A stretch of 64,000 nt of DNA. Origin: Bacteroidales bacterium. GTDB lineage: Bacteria > Bacteroidota > Bacteroidia > Bacteroidales > GCA-2711565. The stretch is from the NCBI GenBank assembly GCA_028280405.1, contig JANQLW010000013.1:6902-70901 (forward strand), in the 5' to 3' direction. Below, in pieces: positions 36,939 to 47,336 of this stretch (within the stretch, counting starts at the first letter, position 1; every line of letters starts with the position of its first letter). The position numbers were made by a program, and so were the translations under genes. The notes beneath the pieces were generated by a model that saw only the letters and a list, made by a program, of their open reading frames with translations, did not search any database and was not told where the DNA came from.

Positions 36939-39917
36939 TTATTCCAGGCCTTCTTTAAAAATAACTCCCATATTCTTTTTACCATCAATTTTTACAGTTA
37001 ACGGACTTTCAAAGCGGATATGCCTGATGAACTCATCTTCATAAACAGCTTCTTGTTTATTCAGGAAATCTATATCATAGTATCCATCATTTTTATAGGG
37101 GTTTATTGTAAAATATCCTACCCTGAATGAAGTAAGGTTCTGGAAGAAATGTGTTCCCTGGCTTGGATCAATTCTATAGTCTGTAAGTCCGGATTCAACA
37201 ATTACACGTGCACCGGAAATCTGTGGCCATTTTACAGGAATTCCCAGCCAATGATCGCTGGAACCCCATCTTCCGGGGCCAACTAAAATATAAGGGCATT
37301 TCTTTTCAAGGAATTTATCATTTATTTTTCCAACTCTCAATGCAATCTCCGGATTATTTACAGAATCAAATGTTTCCGGTTTCACATAAACAAAGTCTCT
37401 GATATCTTTAATAATCCCATTCCCTAATGCTGAATTAGCAGAAATGATCGTATCTTCATGCTTAATACCAGACAAATCTTCACCAATGGTTTGATTATTA
37501 TCAACAATAGGCCTGATTTGTAACAAATTGAAAATTTTGGGCTCATTTTTAGGACGATTCAGTTCTACTGCAAATTCAATCTCTATGGGTTTACCCATTT
37601 CCCTCTGCCCTATTTCCAGTACATCACTTAAAATCTCGGCTAATGGGAATGTATTATGTTTTAATATATTTGAAAAAGTAATGATTTTTTTACCATCATG
37701 GTTGATGCCATCTCTCACAATATTATTCTGCATATCAAAAGTAGAGGCAATATATTTTATCGAATTATCTTTTTCAGCTTCTTTAATTCTAAGCTTATTC
37801 AGGTTATTGGAATCATCTATAGAAACAGAAAAACATTCCGGATCCATATCCAATGCAAAAAAACTTTTTTGTGTTTGCTGCAAAGCATACTCCGGACTAC
37901 TTGTTTGTAATACCTTTTTGGGGAACTTAGGAGAAAACCTCAAGGTCTGTCCGCCATCAACAATATACTTACCCAGGCCTAGTGCAACATTTGCAATTCC
38001 ATCTTCCGGTTTTTCAGGTTCTATGGGGTAAAAATTTATTGAACGGGCTACTCCTGATAGTGTAGGATAAAACCGATCGCCATATTGCTCACCACAAACC
38101 TCCTGCAAAACAATTCCCATTTTTTCCTCATCAATTACATTGGAAGTTGCAGTCATATATGCTTTACTATCCTTAAAGAATGCCGAAGCATATACACTCT
38201 TTATTGCTTTGCTTAAAATTTCAATCATGAGGCGATCATCATTTTCCACATTTGGGATCATATAAGTAGAATATATGCCGGCAAATGGCTGATAGTGGCT
38301 ATCTTCAAGTAAGCTTGAAGAACGTACGGCTATTGGGCTTCTTACATAAGAAATAAAGGTGTATAAATCTTCATGAATACGGAATGGAAGCCGGGCTTCT
38401 ACAAAGTGCCGGAGAATTTCTTCATCACCTAACTCAGATAATGCGAACTTATGCAGCTTATTCTCTTCCATAAATTCATCAAAAATATCCGTACTCAATA
38501 CAACTGTTCTCGGAATGGTTACAACGGTATCCTCGTATTTGTCAAATAGTTGGTTTCGTTTAATTAGAGAATCAAGAAATGCCAGTCCACGGGCTTTACC
38601 TCCAATAGAGCCTTCTCCAATTCGGGTAAAGGTCAGGTATTCATCAAAACGATCCCTATAGAATTGTGCAATTACTCCTCTTGCCTTATTCAATCGAAAA
38701 CTTCCGATCGCATCAAAAATAAATCGCTTACTATCATCAATATCTACAAAATCTTCCTGACGAAGGTCAACCAACATTTCTGCTAATGGGAATAATGCAC
38801 GGGCACGCATCCATTTGGATAAATGATTACGTTGAATATGGTATTCCAGAGATTTATTGGGAATAGGAAAAATGATTTCCTGCAATGCCTTTAAATCAGA
38901 AGCTCTTGCAATTTCTTTATTGGTATCCGGATCAATAAACACAAAATCACCAAAAGCAAAAAACTCTCGGATAAAATTTCTAAGTTCTATAGAAAGTGTT
39001 TTAGAGTTTTTATTAATAAAACCCACTTTCATTTTTTTGGCTATTTGAGCCATTTCAGTATCTGAAGATTGAAGCAATAATGGTACAAACCTATCGTCTT
39101 TTTTAACCTTTTCACATAACTTTATACCAGCTTGCTTATCTGTAACACCATTTCTTTTATAGCTAATATCACTAATGATCCCTAAAAGGTTCTTTTTATA
39201 CTTTTCATAGAACTCAAGGGCTTCTTCATAATTAGTTGCAAGTAAAATTTTAGGTCTTCCTCTCATACGTAGCATTTGCTGGTGTTCATTCAAGCCTTCT
39301 GTCATAAAAGTTTTAGACTGCTTAAAAATTATCTTATAAATATTGGGCAAATAACTTGAATAAAACCGTATGGAATCTTCTACCAGAATAATGGTTTGAA
39401 CACCAACCTGCTCAACATCCTGTTCAACATTCATTTTATCTTCTATAAGCTTAATGATTGCCAATAAAATATCAGCATCTCCTAACCAGCTAAATATATA
39501 ATCAATATTACTCAGGTCTTCCTGATCAATCTTTATTGTAACTTCCCTGCTAAAAGGAGTTAGGACAACAATAGGTATATCAGAATATTTGGCTTTTATA
39601 TTTGAAGCAAGTTCAAAAGTATCTCTCTCTTCAGCACTCAACATAGTGATCACCAGATCGATGTTTTCTTCTTCCAGAATTTCAAAAGCTTTTTCCTGTG
39701 AAGAAGCCTGAATAAACTGTGGAGGATATCTTAAGTTAAGGCTAACATATTCATTAAAGATCTGCTCATCTATACGACCATCATCTTCTAAAATAAAGGT
39801 ATCATAAGCGCTGGCAATTAATAATACATGATAAATTCTTTTTTTCATCAATACATTAAAAGAAGTATCATTGAAATAGAATTTTCGAGCATTCAGGTTC
39901 GCTGGATAAGCATTCAT
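36939..39917 (-). CDS. PEP/pyruvate-binding (PPDK_N-like) protein with N-terminal receiver-like domains
   Basis: GSIGGKARGLAF, AVRSSSLLEDS..PFAG.Y, EIEFA...LQIRP, GPGRWGS, SQGTHFFQN; receiver-like IILVEDS and LLGIISD. Confidence 0.88.
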   Translation of the reverse strand: MNAYPANLNARKFYFNDTSFNVLMKKRIYHVLLIASAYDTFILEDDGRIDEQIFNEYVSLNLRYPPQFIQASSQEKAFEILEEENIDLVITMLSAEERDTFELASNIKAKYSDIPIVVLTPFSREVTIKIDQEDLSNIDYIFSWLGDADILLAIIKLIEDKMNVEQDVEQVGVQTIILVEDSIRFYSSYLPNIYKIIFKQSKTFMTEGLNEHQQMLRMRGRPKILLATNYEEALEFYEKYKKNLLGIISDISYKRNGVTDKQAGIKLCEKVKKDDRFVPLLLQSSDTEMAQIAKKMKVGFINKNSKTLSIELRNFIREFFAFGDFVFIDPDTNKEIARASDLKALQEIIFPIPNKSLEYHIQRNHLSKWMRARALFPLAEMLVDLRQEDFVDIDDSKRFIFDAIGSFRLNKARGVIAQFYRDRFDEYLTFTRIGEGSIGGKARGLAFLDSLIKRNQLFDKYEDTVVTIPRTVVLSTDIFDEFMEENKLHKFALSELGDEEILRHFVEARLPFRIHEDLYTFISYVRSPIAVRSSSLLEDSHYQPFAGIYSTYMIPNVENDDRLMIEILSKAIKSVYASAFFKDSKAYMTATSNVIDEEKMGIVLQEVCGEQYGDRFYPTLSGVARSINFYPIEPEKPEDGIANVALGLGKYIVDGGQTLRFSPKFPKKVLQTSSPEYALQQTQKSFFALDMDPECFSVSIDDSNNLNKLRIKEAEKDNSIKYIASTFDMQNNIVRDGINHDGKKIITFSNILKHNTFPLAEILSDVLEIGQREMGKPIEIEFAVELNRPKNEPKIFNLLQIRPIVDNNQTIGEDLSGIKHEDTIISANSALGNGIIKDIRDFVYVKPETFDSVNNPEIALRVGKINDKFLEKKCPYILVGPGRWGSSDHWLGIPVKWPQISGARVIVESGLTDYRIDPSQGTHFFQNLTSFRVGYFTINPYKNDGYYDIDFLNKQEAVYEDEFIRHIRFESPLTVKIDGKKNMGVIFKEGLE

Positions 39918-39985
39918 TCAATAAATCATTTAAAACTTTAGTGCAAAAATACGCTTTGATAAACCTCTATCAAATAATTGAAGAA

Positions 39986-40354
39986 CTATTTTGCTTTCTT
40001 TTTATCAATAAAGCCAGCTACGTAAATGGCCAATACTATATAAGAAGATAAACCAACAATAAGCATGATGAAAAACTTTCGGCTAAAAATAAATTCCGGT
40101 TCCCATCCTTTAATGAACATAAAAGTTGTTACAAATGCTAAAACTAAGGTAATTGCAACAGCAATATGAGCAATTACCGAGTTATCATTTTTAATTCCTT
40201 TAGTTAACGGAAGTAAAGCAATACCGAAAAATGCAGGAATTAAAGAAGTTAATTGCCAGTCTCCTTCAGTACTATATCTGGCAAACAATCCAAATGTTCC
40301 CATAAATATTAGTAGTAAGGCGTAATAATAATTTACTTTATGTGGTGTATTCAT
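39986..40354 (-). CDS. Small 4-TM membrane protein
   Basis: Four hydrophobic stretches; TSLIPAFFG and AHIAV motifs. Confidence 0.75.
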   Translation of the reverse strand: MNTPHKVNYYYALLLIFMGTFGLFARYSTEGDWQLTSLIPAFFGIALLPLTKGIKNDNSVIAHIAVAITLVLAFVTTFMFIKGWEPEFIFSRKFFIMLIVGLSSYIVLAIYVAGFIDKKKAK

Positions 40355-40527
40355 AATTTATAATCATTTTAAATAAATTCAAATGTACTAAAAATTTCAC
40401 ATAACTTATATGTCTGTAACCTTTATTATTTACGACTTTGCATTCATACTTAATTAACTGAGTATTAATACTAACGTAACGCTCCTGAAATATACCCGCT
40501 TTATTTTTGTTTCAAATCAAGTATTGA

Positions 40528-41613
40528 ATGAAAATATTATTTGGCATACAAGGAACGGGAAATGGCCATGTTAGCAGAGCCAGGGAAATTATTCCTGAAT
40601 TAAAAAAAAGAGGGAAAGTTGATGTATTAATCAGTGGATGGCAATATGATATAAATATAGATCACCCTATAAAATATAGGTTCAAAGGCCTTGGATTTAC
40701 CTTTGGGAAAAATGGAGATATTAACTTTTATGATACTTTCATCAAATCAAATCCGTATTTATTTTTTAAGAATGTATTTAAATTACCTATAAAAAAATAT
40801 GATATCATCATTAGTGACTTTGAACCTATAACTTCATGGGCATGTAAATTAAGAGGGAAAGCATGTTATGGTTTAAGCCATCAATCAGCTGTATTGGATC
40901 CGGCTTTTCCAAAACCCAGAAAATACAATATGCTATCGAGGCTAATATTGAAACACTATGCTCCTTTCTCTAAAAACATTGGATTACATTTTAAAGCAAC
41001 CGGAGATAATATATTAACACCCGTTATTAACTCTGAAATAAGAAAATTATTAGCAGTCAAGAACAAACATTATACGGTTTATTTACCATCTTATGACGAT
41101 CATACTTTAATTGAAATTTTGACATGCTTTCAGGATACTGCCTGGGAGGTTTTCTCCAAACACTGTAAAGATGAGTTAAAAGTTAGGAATGTATTGATTC
41201 GTCCAATATCCAGGCAAGATTACTTAAAAAGCCTATCTACTTCTACAGGAGCATTATGTGGGGCAGGATTTGAAGGACCTGCGGAAGCATTGTTTCTAAG
41301 AAAAAAGTTAATGGTCATCCCCATGAAATCACAATATGAGCAACAATGTAATGCTTTGGCATTGAAAAGCATGGGTGTTCCATTCATTCCTGAATTTAGT
41401 TCAAGATATATTCACAAAATCGACCACTGGTTAAAATCTGATAAAATTGTCAACGTAAACTATCCGGATCATTCGGCCTTGGTAATTGATAAACTATTTC
41501 AATATTATTATGAAAACGATAAAACAAAAAACGTTTGGGAATCGGATTATTATTTATATAAAATTTTTCACAATTCGATGTCAAGGTCTATGGTATCGAA
41601 AAATGAAAATTAA
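40528..41613 (+). CDS. Glycosyltransferase (MJ1255/VC2487-like)
   Basis: MKILFGIQGTGNGHVSRA, IISDFEP, AGFEGPAEAL, PMKSQYEQ..NA. Confidence 0.88.
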   Translation: MKILFGIQGTGNGHVSRAREIIPELKKRGKVDVLISGWQYDINIDHPIKYRFKGLGFTFGKNGDINFYDTFIKSNPYLFFKNVFKLPIKKYDIIISDFEPITSWACKLRGKACYGLSHQSAVLDPAFPKPRKYNMLSRLILKHYAPFSKNIGLHFKATGDNILTPVINSEIRKLLAVKNKHYTVYLPSYDDHTLIEILTCFQDTAWEVFSKHCKDELKVRNVLIRPISRQDYLKSLSTSTGALCGAGFEGPAEALFLRKKLMVIPMKSQYEQQCNALALKSMGVPFIPEFSSRYIHKIDHWLKSDKIVNVNYPDHSALVIDKLFQYYYENDKTKNVWESDYYLYKIFHNSMSRSMVSKNEN

Positions 41614-41689
41614 GAACTTTTCTTCGTTAAAACAAAAGCTCGCCTATAGTCATATCATATTTAGTAAAATTCACACAGCCCCGTTAACA

Positions 41690-41720
41690 AAAAAGGACAG
41701 CCAACCCGGCTGTCCTTTTT
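41690..41720. terminator. Bidirectional terminator
   Basis: AAAAAGGACAGCC-aaccc-GGCTGTCCTTTTT. Confidence 0.88.
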
Positions 41721-41738
41721 CTTATGTTAAAACAGCTC

Positions 41739-42692
41739 TTATTGATAATGATCTGCTAAATAAGCTGAGATATTCTCTTCAACACGTTTTAATACATCTG
41801 AATCATCTGCTTTGCTGAATTTATCGCCTGTTATATTTTCAAACAGCTCAATATAGCGTTCTGAAACCGAATTCACAAAAGCTTCATGCATTACAGGTAT
41901 TTCTTGTCCTTCTTTACCCTGGAATCCATTTGCCATCAACCACTCACGAACAAATTCTTTAGATAATTGTTTTTGAGCTTCATTATTATCTTGCCTTTCC
42001 CGATATCCTTCTTTATAGAAATATCTAGAAGAATCCGGAGTATGAATTTCGTCTATTAAATAAATTTGATCGCCTACTTTACCAAACTCATATTTAGTAT
42101 CTACCAGAATCAATCCCATTTTTTCAGCCATTTCTGTTCCTCTCTGGAAAATAGCTCTGGTATACTCTTCCAATTTGATATAATCTTCTTCACTAACCAA
42201 GCCTTGTTTCAAAATTTCTTCTCTGGAAATATCTTCATCATGTCCAACCTCAGCTTTAGTAGTTGGAGTAATAATTGGTTGTGGGAATTTGTCATTTTCT
42301 TTCATTCCTTCAGGCATTGAAACTCCACAAAGTTCTCTTTTCCCTTGTTTGTATTCTCTCCATGCATGACCTGAAAGGTAGCCACGAATTACCATCTCAA
42401 CTTTAAATGGCTCACATAAACGGCCAACAGTTACCATTGGATCCGGCACAGCAAGTTTCCAGTTTGGAACAATGTCTTCAGTAGCATCCAAAAATTTAGC
42501 AGCAATTTGATTCAATACTTGCCCTTTATAAGGAATTCCTTCAGGAAGGACTACATCAAAAGCAGAAATACGATCACTTACAAGCATTACCAATAGCTCG
42601 TCATTGATGTTATAAACATCTCTTACTTTACCTTTATAAACGCTCTTTTGGTTTTGAAAGTTAAAATCAGTTTTTACAATGGCATTTTTCAT
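41739..42692 (-). CDS. purC: SAICAR synthase
   Basis: [45 protein letters not shown]. Confidence 0.97.
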   Translation of the reverse strand: MKNAIVKTDFNFQNQKSVYKGKVRDVYNINDELLVMLVSDRISAFDVVLPEGIPYKGQVLNQIAAKFLDATEDIVPNWKLAVPDPMVTVGRLCEPFKVEMVIRGYLSGHAWREYKQGKRELCGVSMPEGMKENDKFPQPIITPTTKAEVGHDEDISREEILKQGLVSEEDYIKLEEYTRAIFQRGTEMAEKMGLILVDTKYEFGKVGDQIYLIDEIHTPDSSRYFYKEGYRERQDNNEAQKQLSKEFVREWLMANGFQGKEGQEIPVMHEAFVNSVSERYIELFENITGDKFSKADDSDVLKRVEENISAYLADHYQ

Positions 42693-42728
42693 CTGTTATA
42701 GTTTTTATGTTAAAAAAAATTATATTCA

Positions 42729-43685
42729 TTATTTCGAATCTGAACCTTTCTCATAAGCCTGAACAATATCATTCACTAACTTATGACGAATAATATCTTT
42801 TTTCCCAAGATGAATAAAAGAAACTCCGTTTATGTTCTTTAATATATCTTGTGCATGTAATAATCCGGAAGATTGATTTTTTGGCAAATCAATCTGAGTA
42901 ATATCTCCCGTTACTACAAACTTTGAAGCTCTTCCCATACGGGTAAGGAACATTTTTAACTGGTTATTTGTTGCATTTTGTGCTTCATCAAGAATTGCAA
43001 ATACATTTCCCAGTGTCCTTCCCCGCATAAATGCCAAAGGTGCAATTTCAATAGTTCCGTCTTCCAGGTAAGAAAGCAATTTTTGCGTAGGAAGCATATC
43101 CCTTAAAGCATCATATAAAGGCTGTAAATAAGGATCCAGCTTATCTTTTAAATCGCCCGGAAGAAACCCCAGGTTCTCACCAGCTTCAACTGCAGGCCTC
43201 GTAAGAACAATTCTTTTGACCTCTTTATTTTTTAAAGCCTTTACTGCCAAAGCTACAGCAGTATAAGTTTTTCCTGTTCCGGCAGGGCCTATGGCAAACA
43301 ATAAGTCATTCTTTGCCATACAATTCACCATTTTTTGCTGATTCTCCGTACGGGCTTTGATTAACATGCCGTTTCTACCATGAACCAAAACATCAGGCTG
43401 CTTAGAATCTACAGGAATATCATTATCTCCATTTTGAAGAATTTGCTGCACATCTGTTTCCGTAAGCTTTCCAAACTTATCATACATTAACAGTACAAGA
43501 TTGAATTTCTTCTCAAAAAAAGCGATATCATTCTTATCTCCCATAATTTTGATTTCATTTCCACGGGCAATGACTTTCATTTTGACAAAATTTTTTCTGA
43601 ACAAATCCAAATAGACATCATTTACCCCTAAAATTTCAAGTGGATTATAGTCATCCAAACGGATTATTTTTTCATTCATTGGCAT
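42729..43685 (-). CDS. phoH: PhoH family ATPase
   Basis: GPAGTGKT, RPAVEAGE.LGFLPG, LAFMRGRT, DEAQN. Confidence 0.95.
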   Translation of the reverse strand: MPMNEKIIRLDDYNPLEILGVNDVYLDLFRKNFVKMKVIARGNEIKIMGDKNDIAFFEKKFNLVLLMYDKFGKLTETDVQQILQNGDNDIPVDSKQPDVLVHGRNGMLIKARTENQQKMVNCMAKNDLLFAIGPAGTGKTYTAVALAVKALKNKEVKRIVLTRPAVEAGENLGFLPGDLKDKLDPYLQPLYDALRDMLPTQKLLSYLEDGTIEIAPLAFMRGRTLGNVFAILDEAQNATNNQLKMFLTRMGRASKFVVTGDITQIDLPKNQSSGLLHAQDILKNINGVSFIHLGKKDIIRHKLVNDIVQAYEKGSDSK

Positions 43686-43795
43686 GGGTTATAAAAAATC
43701 AGCTTCTAAAAATTTCCGACCCTAAATTTTCTTAATTTTGAAGAGCAAAATTAAGTAATTTTCTAACGGGAAACTGTAATTTTTGATTAATTCAT

Positions 43796-44572
43796 ATGTT
43801 AATTATCACTTTAACAACAGACTGGGGATTAAAAGATCACTATCTGGCGGCAGTAAAAGGTAAAATTTACAGCCAAAAACCAGACTTAAACATAGTTGAC
43901 ATTTCACACCAAATCACCCCTTTCAGTATTGAACAGGCGGCTTTCATTTTCAAAAATTGTTATCAGAATTTCCCGGAAGGCACTATTCATATCTTAGGAG
44001 TCAGTACCGAAGAGTCTGATAAGTGCCCTCATCTTATAATTCAACATAAAAGACATTATTTCATAGGAGCAGACAATGGAATATTCTCCATGATTTTTGA
44101 TGAAAAACCTGAAAAAATTATAGAATTGGAAATTCCTCAGGATTCAGATTATTTTACTTTTTCTACTCGTGACAGATTTGTTAAAGCTGCCATGCATATA
44201 CTCAATAATAAACCAATAGAAAAATTAGGAGGTCAAAAAAATGAAATCAATGTAAAAATTCCTTTTAAACCGGCGATCAGTAATAATACAATTAAAGGGA
44301 TGGCAATTTATATTGATACTTATGAAAATATAATTACCAATATTACCGAAGAATTGTTCAAATCGGTTGGTAAAGGACGAAAGTATAAAGTTTTATTAAG
44401 AGGTGAGGAAGTTCATAAGATTCAGCAATCATACAATGATGTCCCGGTTGGAGAGATTGTGGTTATTTTCGGATCGAACAAACATTTGGAAGTTGCAATC
44501 AACCATGGCAATGCGAGTAGTTTACTGGGAATATCATTGAATGATTCTATCATGATAGAATTTGAAGACTAA
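43796..44572 (+). CDS. SAM hydroxide adenosyltransferase family (DUF62, chlorinase/fluorinase superfamily)
   Basis: ITLTTDWG..D.Y, DISH, GADNG, YIDTYENIITN, LEVAINHGNAS. Confidence 0.9.
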   Translation: MLIITLTTDWGLKDHYLAAVKGKIYSQKPDLNIVDISHQITPFSIEQAAFIFKNCYQNFPEGTIHILGVSTEESDKCPHLIIQHKRHYFIGADNGIFSMIFDEKPEKIIELEIPQDSDYFTFSTRDRFVKAAMHILNNKPIEKLGGQKNEINVKIPFKPAISNNTIKGMAIYIDTYENIITNITEELFKSVGKGRKYKVLLRGEEVHKIQQSYNDVPVGEIVVIFGSNKHLEVAINHGNASSLLGISLNDSIMIEFED

Positions 44573-44637
44573 TCACAATTTTATTTCTCCACGGCAGTTT
44601 CCAATAATTCTTAAATTAGCAATATCAAATTCTAAAA

Positions 44638-45369
44638 ATGTCTGCATTACTAAAGAAGGAAATTCTTAGTTATTTTAATTCTGTAACAGCTTATTTGGTA
44701 ATTATTGTTTTTTTACTTACAGTAAGCTTATTTCTATGGGTAATCCCAGGGAATTATAATGTATTGGAATATGGCTATGCAAACCTGAAAGGATTATTCG
44801 ACATTGCTCCATTTGTTTTTCTTTTCCTGGTTCCGGCTGTAAGCATGCGTTTGTTCGCAGAAGAGGAAAAAAATGGAACCCTGGAAATTCTTTTTACGAA
44901 GCCATTAAGCGATTTGCAAATTATTATTGCAAAATATCTGGCAGGTTTTCTTCTGATTGTATTTTCTTTACTTCCGACGATCATATATTATTTTTCAGTA
45001 TATCAATTAGGTATCCCGAAAGGGAATATTGATTCGGGAGAATACTGGGGTTCATTTATAGGATTATTGTTGTTAGGTGGAAGCTTTATGTCTATAGGCT
45101 TATTTTGTTCTTCTCTAACGGATAATCAGATTGTGGCTTTTATCCTATCTGTATTCTTTTGCGGATTTATTTATTTAGGCTTTTACCTATTCAGCGGATT
45201 ATTTGAACAGGGAAGCACTCAATTATTTGTACATAGTTTAGGAATAGAAGCTCATTATCAATCTATCAGCAGGGGAGTACTCGACAGCAGAGATATAATC
45301 TACTTCATAAGCTTAATCATATTATTTATTGGCTTAACTAAACTTAGGTTGGAATCTCGTAAGTGGTAA
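44638..45369 (+). CDS. gldF: Gliding motility ABC transporter permease GldF
   Basis: KKEI..YF.S..AY, SMRLFAEE..NGTLEIL.TKP, SSLTDNQIVAF, RGVLDSRD. Confidence 0.92.
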   Translation: MSALLKKEILSYFNSVTAYLVIIVFLLTVSLFLWVIPGNYNVLEYGYANLKGLFDIAPFVFLFLVPAVSMRLFAEEEKNGTLEILFTKPLSDLQIIIAKYLAGFLLIVFSLLPTIIYYFSVYQLGIPKGNIDSGEYWGSFIGLLLLGGSFMSIGLFCSSLTDNQIVAFILSVFFCGFIYLGFYLFSGLFEQGSTQLFVHSLGIEAHYQSISRGVLDSRDIIYFISLIILFIGLTKLRLESRKW

Positions 45370-45375
45370 TTATAA

Positions 45376-47073
45376 ATGGGGAAAAGACAAAAAATAAAAA
45401 GCATTAAGCAATTCACAATTCTTGTTGTGGCTATTATTGTTTTACTTTTTGTCGGGACATCCTACTATTTCAGAATTGACTTAACCGCTGAAAAAAGATA
45501 TACCCTATCTCCTATTACTAAAAATATTCTGAAGAAAATCGATCAGAAAATATATTTTAAAATTTATTTAGAAGGAAATCTTACCGCACCTTATAAGAGA
45601 TTACAAATTCAAACAAAAGAATTACTTGAAGAGTTTAAAGCAATATCCAAACAAATTCATTTTAAGTTTGAAGATCCCATTGAAGGGAAAAATTCCAGCG
45701 AACAATTGGAAGTTGTAAAAAAATTTTCTGAAAAAGGATTTCAACCCAGCATCATTCAAAATGAATTACAACAACAAATTATTTTCCCATTTTTTCTTGT
45801 TTCAAATGGGGAAAAAAGATTTTTATCCAGTTTGGAAAATACGCAAATAGGAATTCCTGATCAGGAGCTTGTTATTAATAACTCTGTACAGGCTTTAGAA
45901 TTCAAACTGGTACAACAAATCAAAAAAGTAATTGATAAAAAAGAAAAGAAAATTGCAATTTTAACCGGACATGGCGAACTAAACTATCCTGAAATTGTGA
46001 ATTTTGCTATAGAATTGGATGAACAATATTTCCTAACAGAATGTAATTTAAGCAAGGGATTAAGTTCTTTACTTGATAATAGCAAACCTCTTTATGATGT
46101 TTTGGTAATACCTAAGCCTCAATATTCATTTTCTGAACCTGATAAGTTTATCATCGATCAGTTCATTATGTATGGAGGAAATGTGGTCTGGCTAATTGAT
46201 GCTGTGAATGCCAGCCTGGACAGTTTAAAAAGAAAGGAATCTACAATCATTTTTCCTAAAAACCTGAATCTGGAAGATCAGTTATTTACTTATGGGATAA
46301 GGATAAACCCCGATCTGGTAATGGATTTATATGCCTTACCTATTCCATTAACTACAGGTAAAATGAACGGGCAAGCTCAGATAAAGTTTTTCCCCTGGAA
46401 CTTTTTTCCTATCCTTCATCCGGTTTCAAAACATCCGATAGTAAAAAATTTAAATGCCATTAAAACCGAATTTATCAGTAGTATTGATACCTTAGAGGTA
46501 AAAGGGGTTAGCAAAACAATTTTGCTCAGCAGTTCAGAGAAGACTAAATTATTCAGTACGCCAAATTCAATTAGCTTCCAACAAATCATTGGGAAACAGA
46601 ATCAGGACAATTATAATCAAGGTAGGAAAAACATTGCTGTACTTTTAGAAGGGAATTTCAAATCTGTTTATAGTGGACGACAAACACCCAAAGGATTAAA
46701 TACGGATAAATATCACAGAAAAAATATTAGCAAAAAAGCTAAAATGATCATTATTTCAGATGGGGACCTTGTAAAAAACCAATTGCACAATTCTTCCAAA
46801 GAGCCTCTCCCATTAGGTTATGATCAGTTTACTAACCAGACTTTTGGCAATAAAGAATTCATGCTTAACTGTATTGCTTATTTAGCGGGAGATGCAGAAC
46901 TCATAAACCTCCGTACACGTGAGGTAAAGTTAAGGCTTTTAGATAAAATTAAAATAGATGAAGAAAAACATTTATGGAAATTATTCAATGTTGGAGCGCC
47001 TATCATTTTTACTTTTCTTATTGGAGTCACTTATTCACTTCACCGCAAAAGAAAATACAAAAGACTAAAATAA
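45376..47073 (+). CDS. gldG: Gliding motility ABC transporter auxiliary component GldG
   Basis: RIDLTAEKRYTLS, GHGEL, DKFIIDQFIMYGG, LPLGYD..T...GNKEF; follows gldF. Confidence 0.92.
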   Translation: MGKRQKIKSIKQFTILVVAIIVLLFVGTSYYFRIDLTAEKRYTLSPITKNILKKIDQKIYFKIYLEGNLTAPYKRLQIQTKELLEEFKAISKQIHFKFEDPIEGKNSSEQLEVVKKFSEKGFQPSIIQNELQQQIIFPFFLVSNGEKRFLSSLENTQIGIPDQELVINNSVQALEFKLVQQIKKVIDKKEKKIAILTGHGELNYPEIVNFAIELDEQYFLTECNLSKGLSSLLDNSKPLYDVLVIPKPQYSFSEPDKFIIDQFIMYGGNVVWLIDAVNASLDSLKRKESTIIFPKNLNLEDQLFTYGIRINPDLVMDLYALPIPLTTGKMNGQAQIKFFPWNFFPILHPVSKHPIVKNLNAIKTEFISSIDTLEVKGVSKTILLSSSEKTKLFSTPNSISFQQIIGKQNQDNYNQGRKNIAVLLEGNFKSVYSGRQTPKGLNTDKYHRKNISKKAKMIIISDGDLVKNQLHNSSKEPLPLGYDQFTNQTFGNKEFMLNCIAYLAGDAELINLRTREVKLRLLDKIKIDEEKHLWKLFNVGAPIIFTFLIGVTYSLHRKRKYKRLK

Positions 47074-47117
47074 ATATTACAGTTTGATATAACTCTTTTG
47101 AGCTTCCGCTGTCTTTT

Positions 47118-47132
47118 TGTCACAGCTTGACA
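47118..47132. promoter_or_regulatory. TGTCA-N5-TGACA palindrome upstream of dnaK
   Basis: TGTCAcagctTGACA about 135 nt upstream of the sigma-54-like element. Confidence 0.45.
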
Positions 47133-47268
47133 GCGAAAAGATTTTTCACTAAGAACTTAACTCAAATACTTATAAAACCCTGATTTATTTATATTTAAGA
47201 AAAGAACATCTAAGGATTGTTTTTTCAATTCACTAATCATTTATCAATATCCTCAATAATTAATGCAC

Positions 47269-47283
47269 TGGCATAATCATTGA
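47269..47283 (+). promoter_or_regulatory. Sigma-54-like promoter of dnaK
   Basis: TGGCAT-AATCA-TTGA with -24/-12 spacing. Confidence 0.55.
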
Positions 47284-47336
47284 ACAAAGAAAACTGTCAA
47301 CTTAAAAAATATTAGTAAAAAACAAATCATATAACA

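Noticed and set aside
37528-38031. 167-aa plus-strand ORF
   Set aside because: Antisense shadow of the PPDK_N gene; Ser-rich and without motifs.
41486-41818. 110-aa ORF
   Set aside because: Overlaps both flanking genes and spans a bidirectional terminator.
43796-44572. True fluorinase or chlorinase
   Set aside because: Housekeeping context (phoH/gldF) typical of the DUF62 hydrolase branch; no halometabolite cluster nearby.
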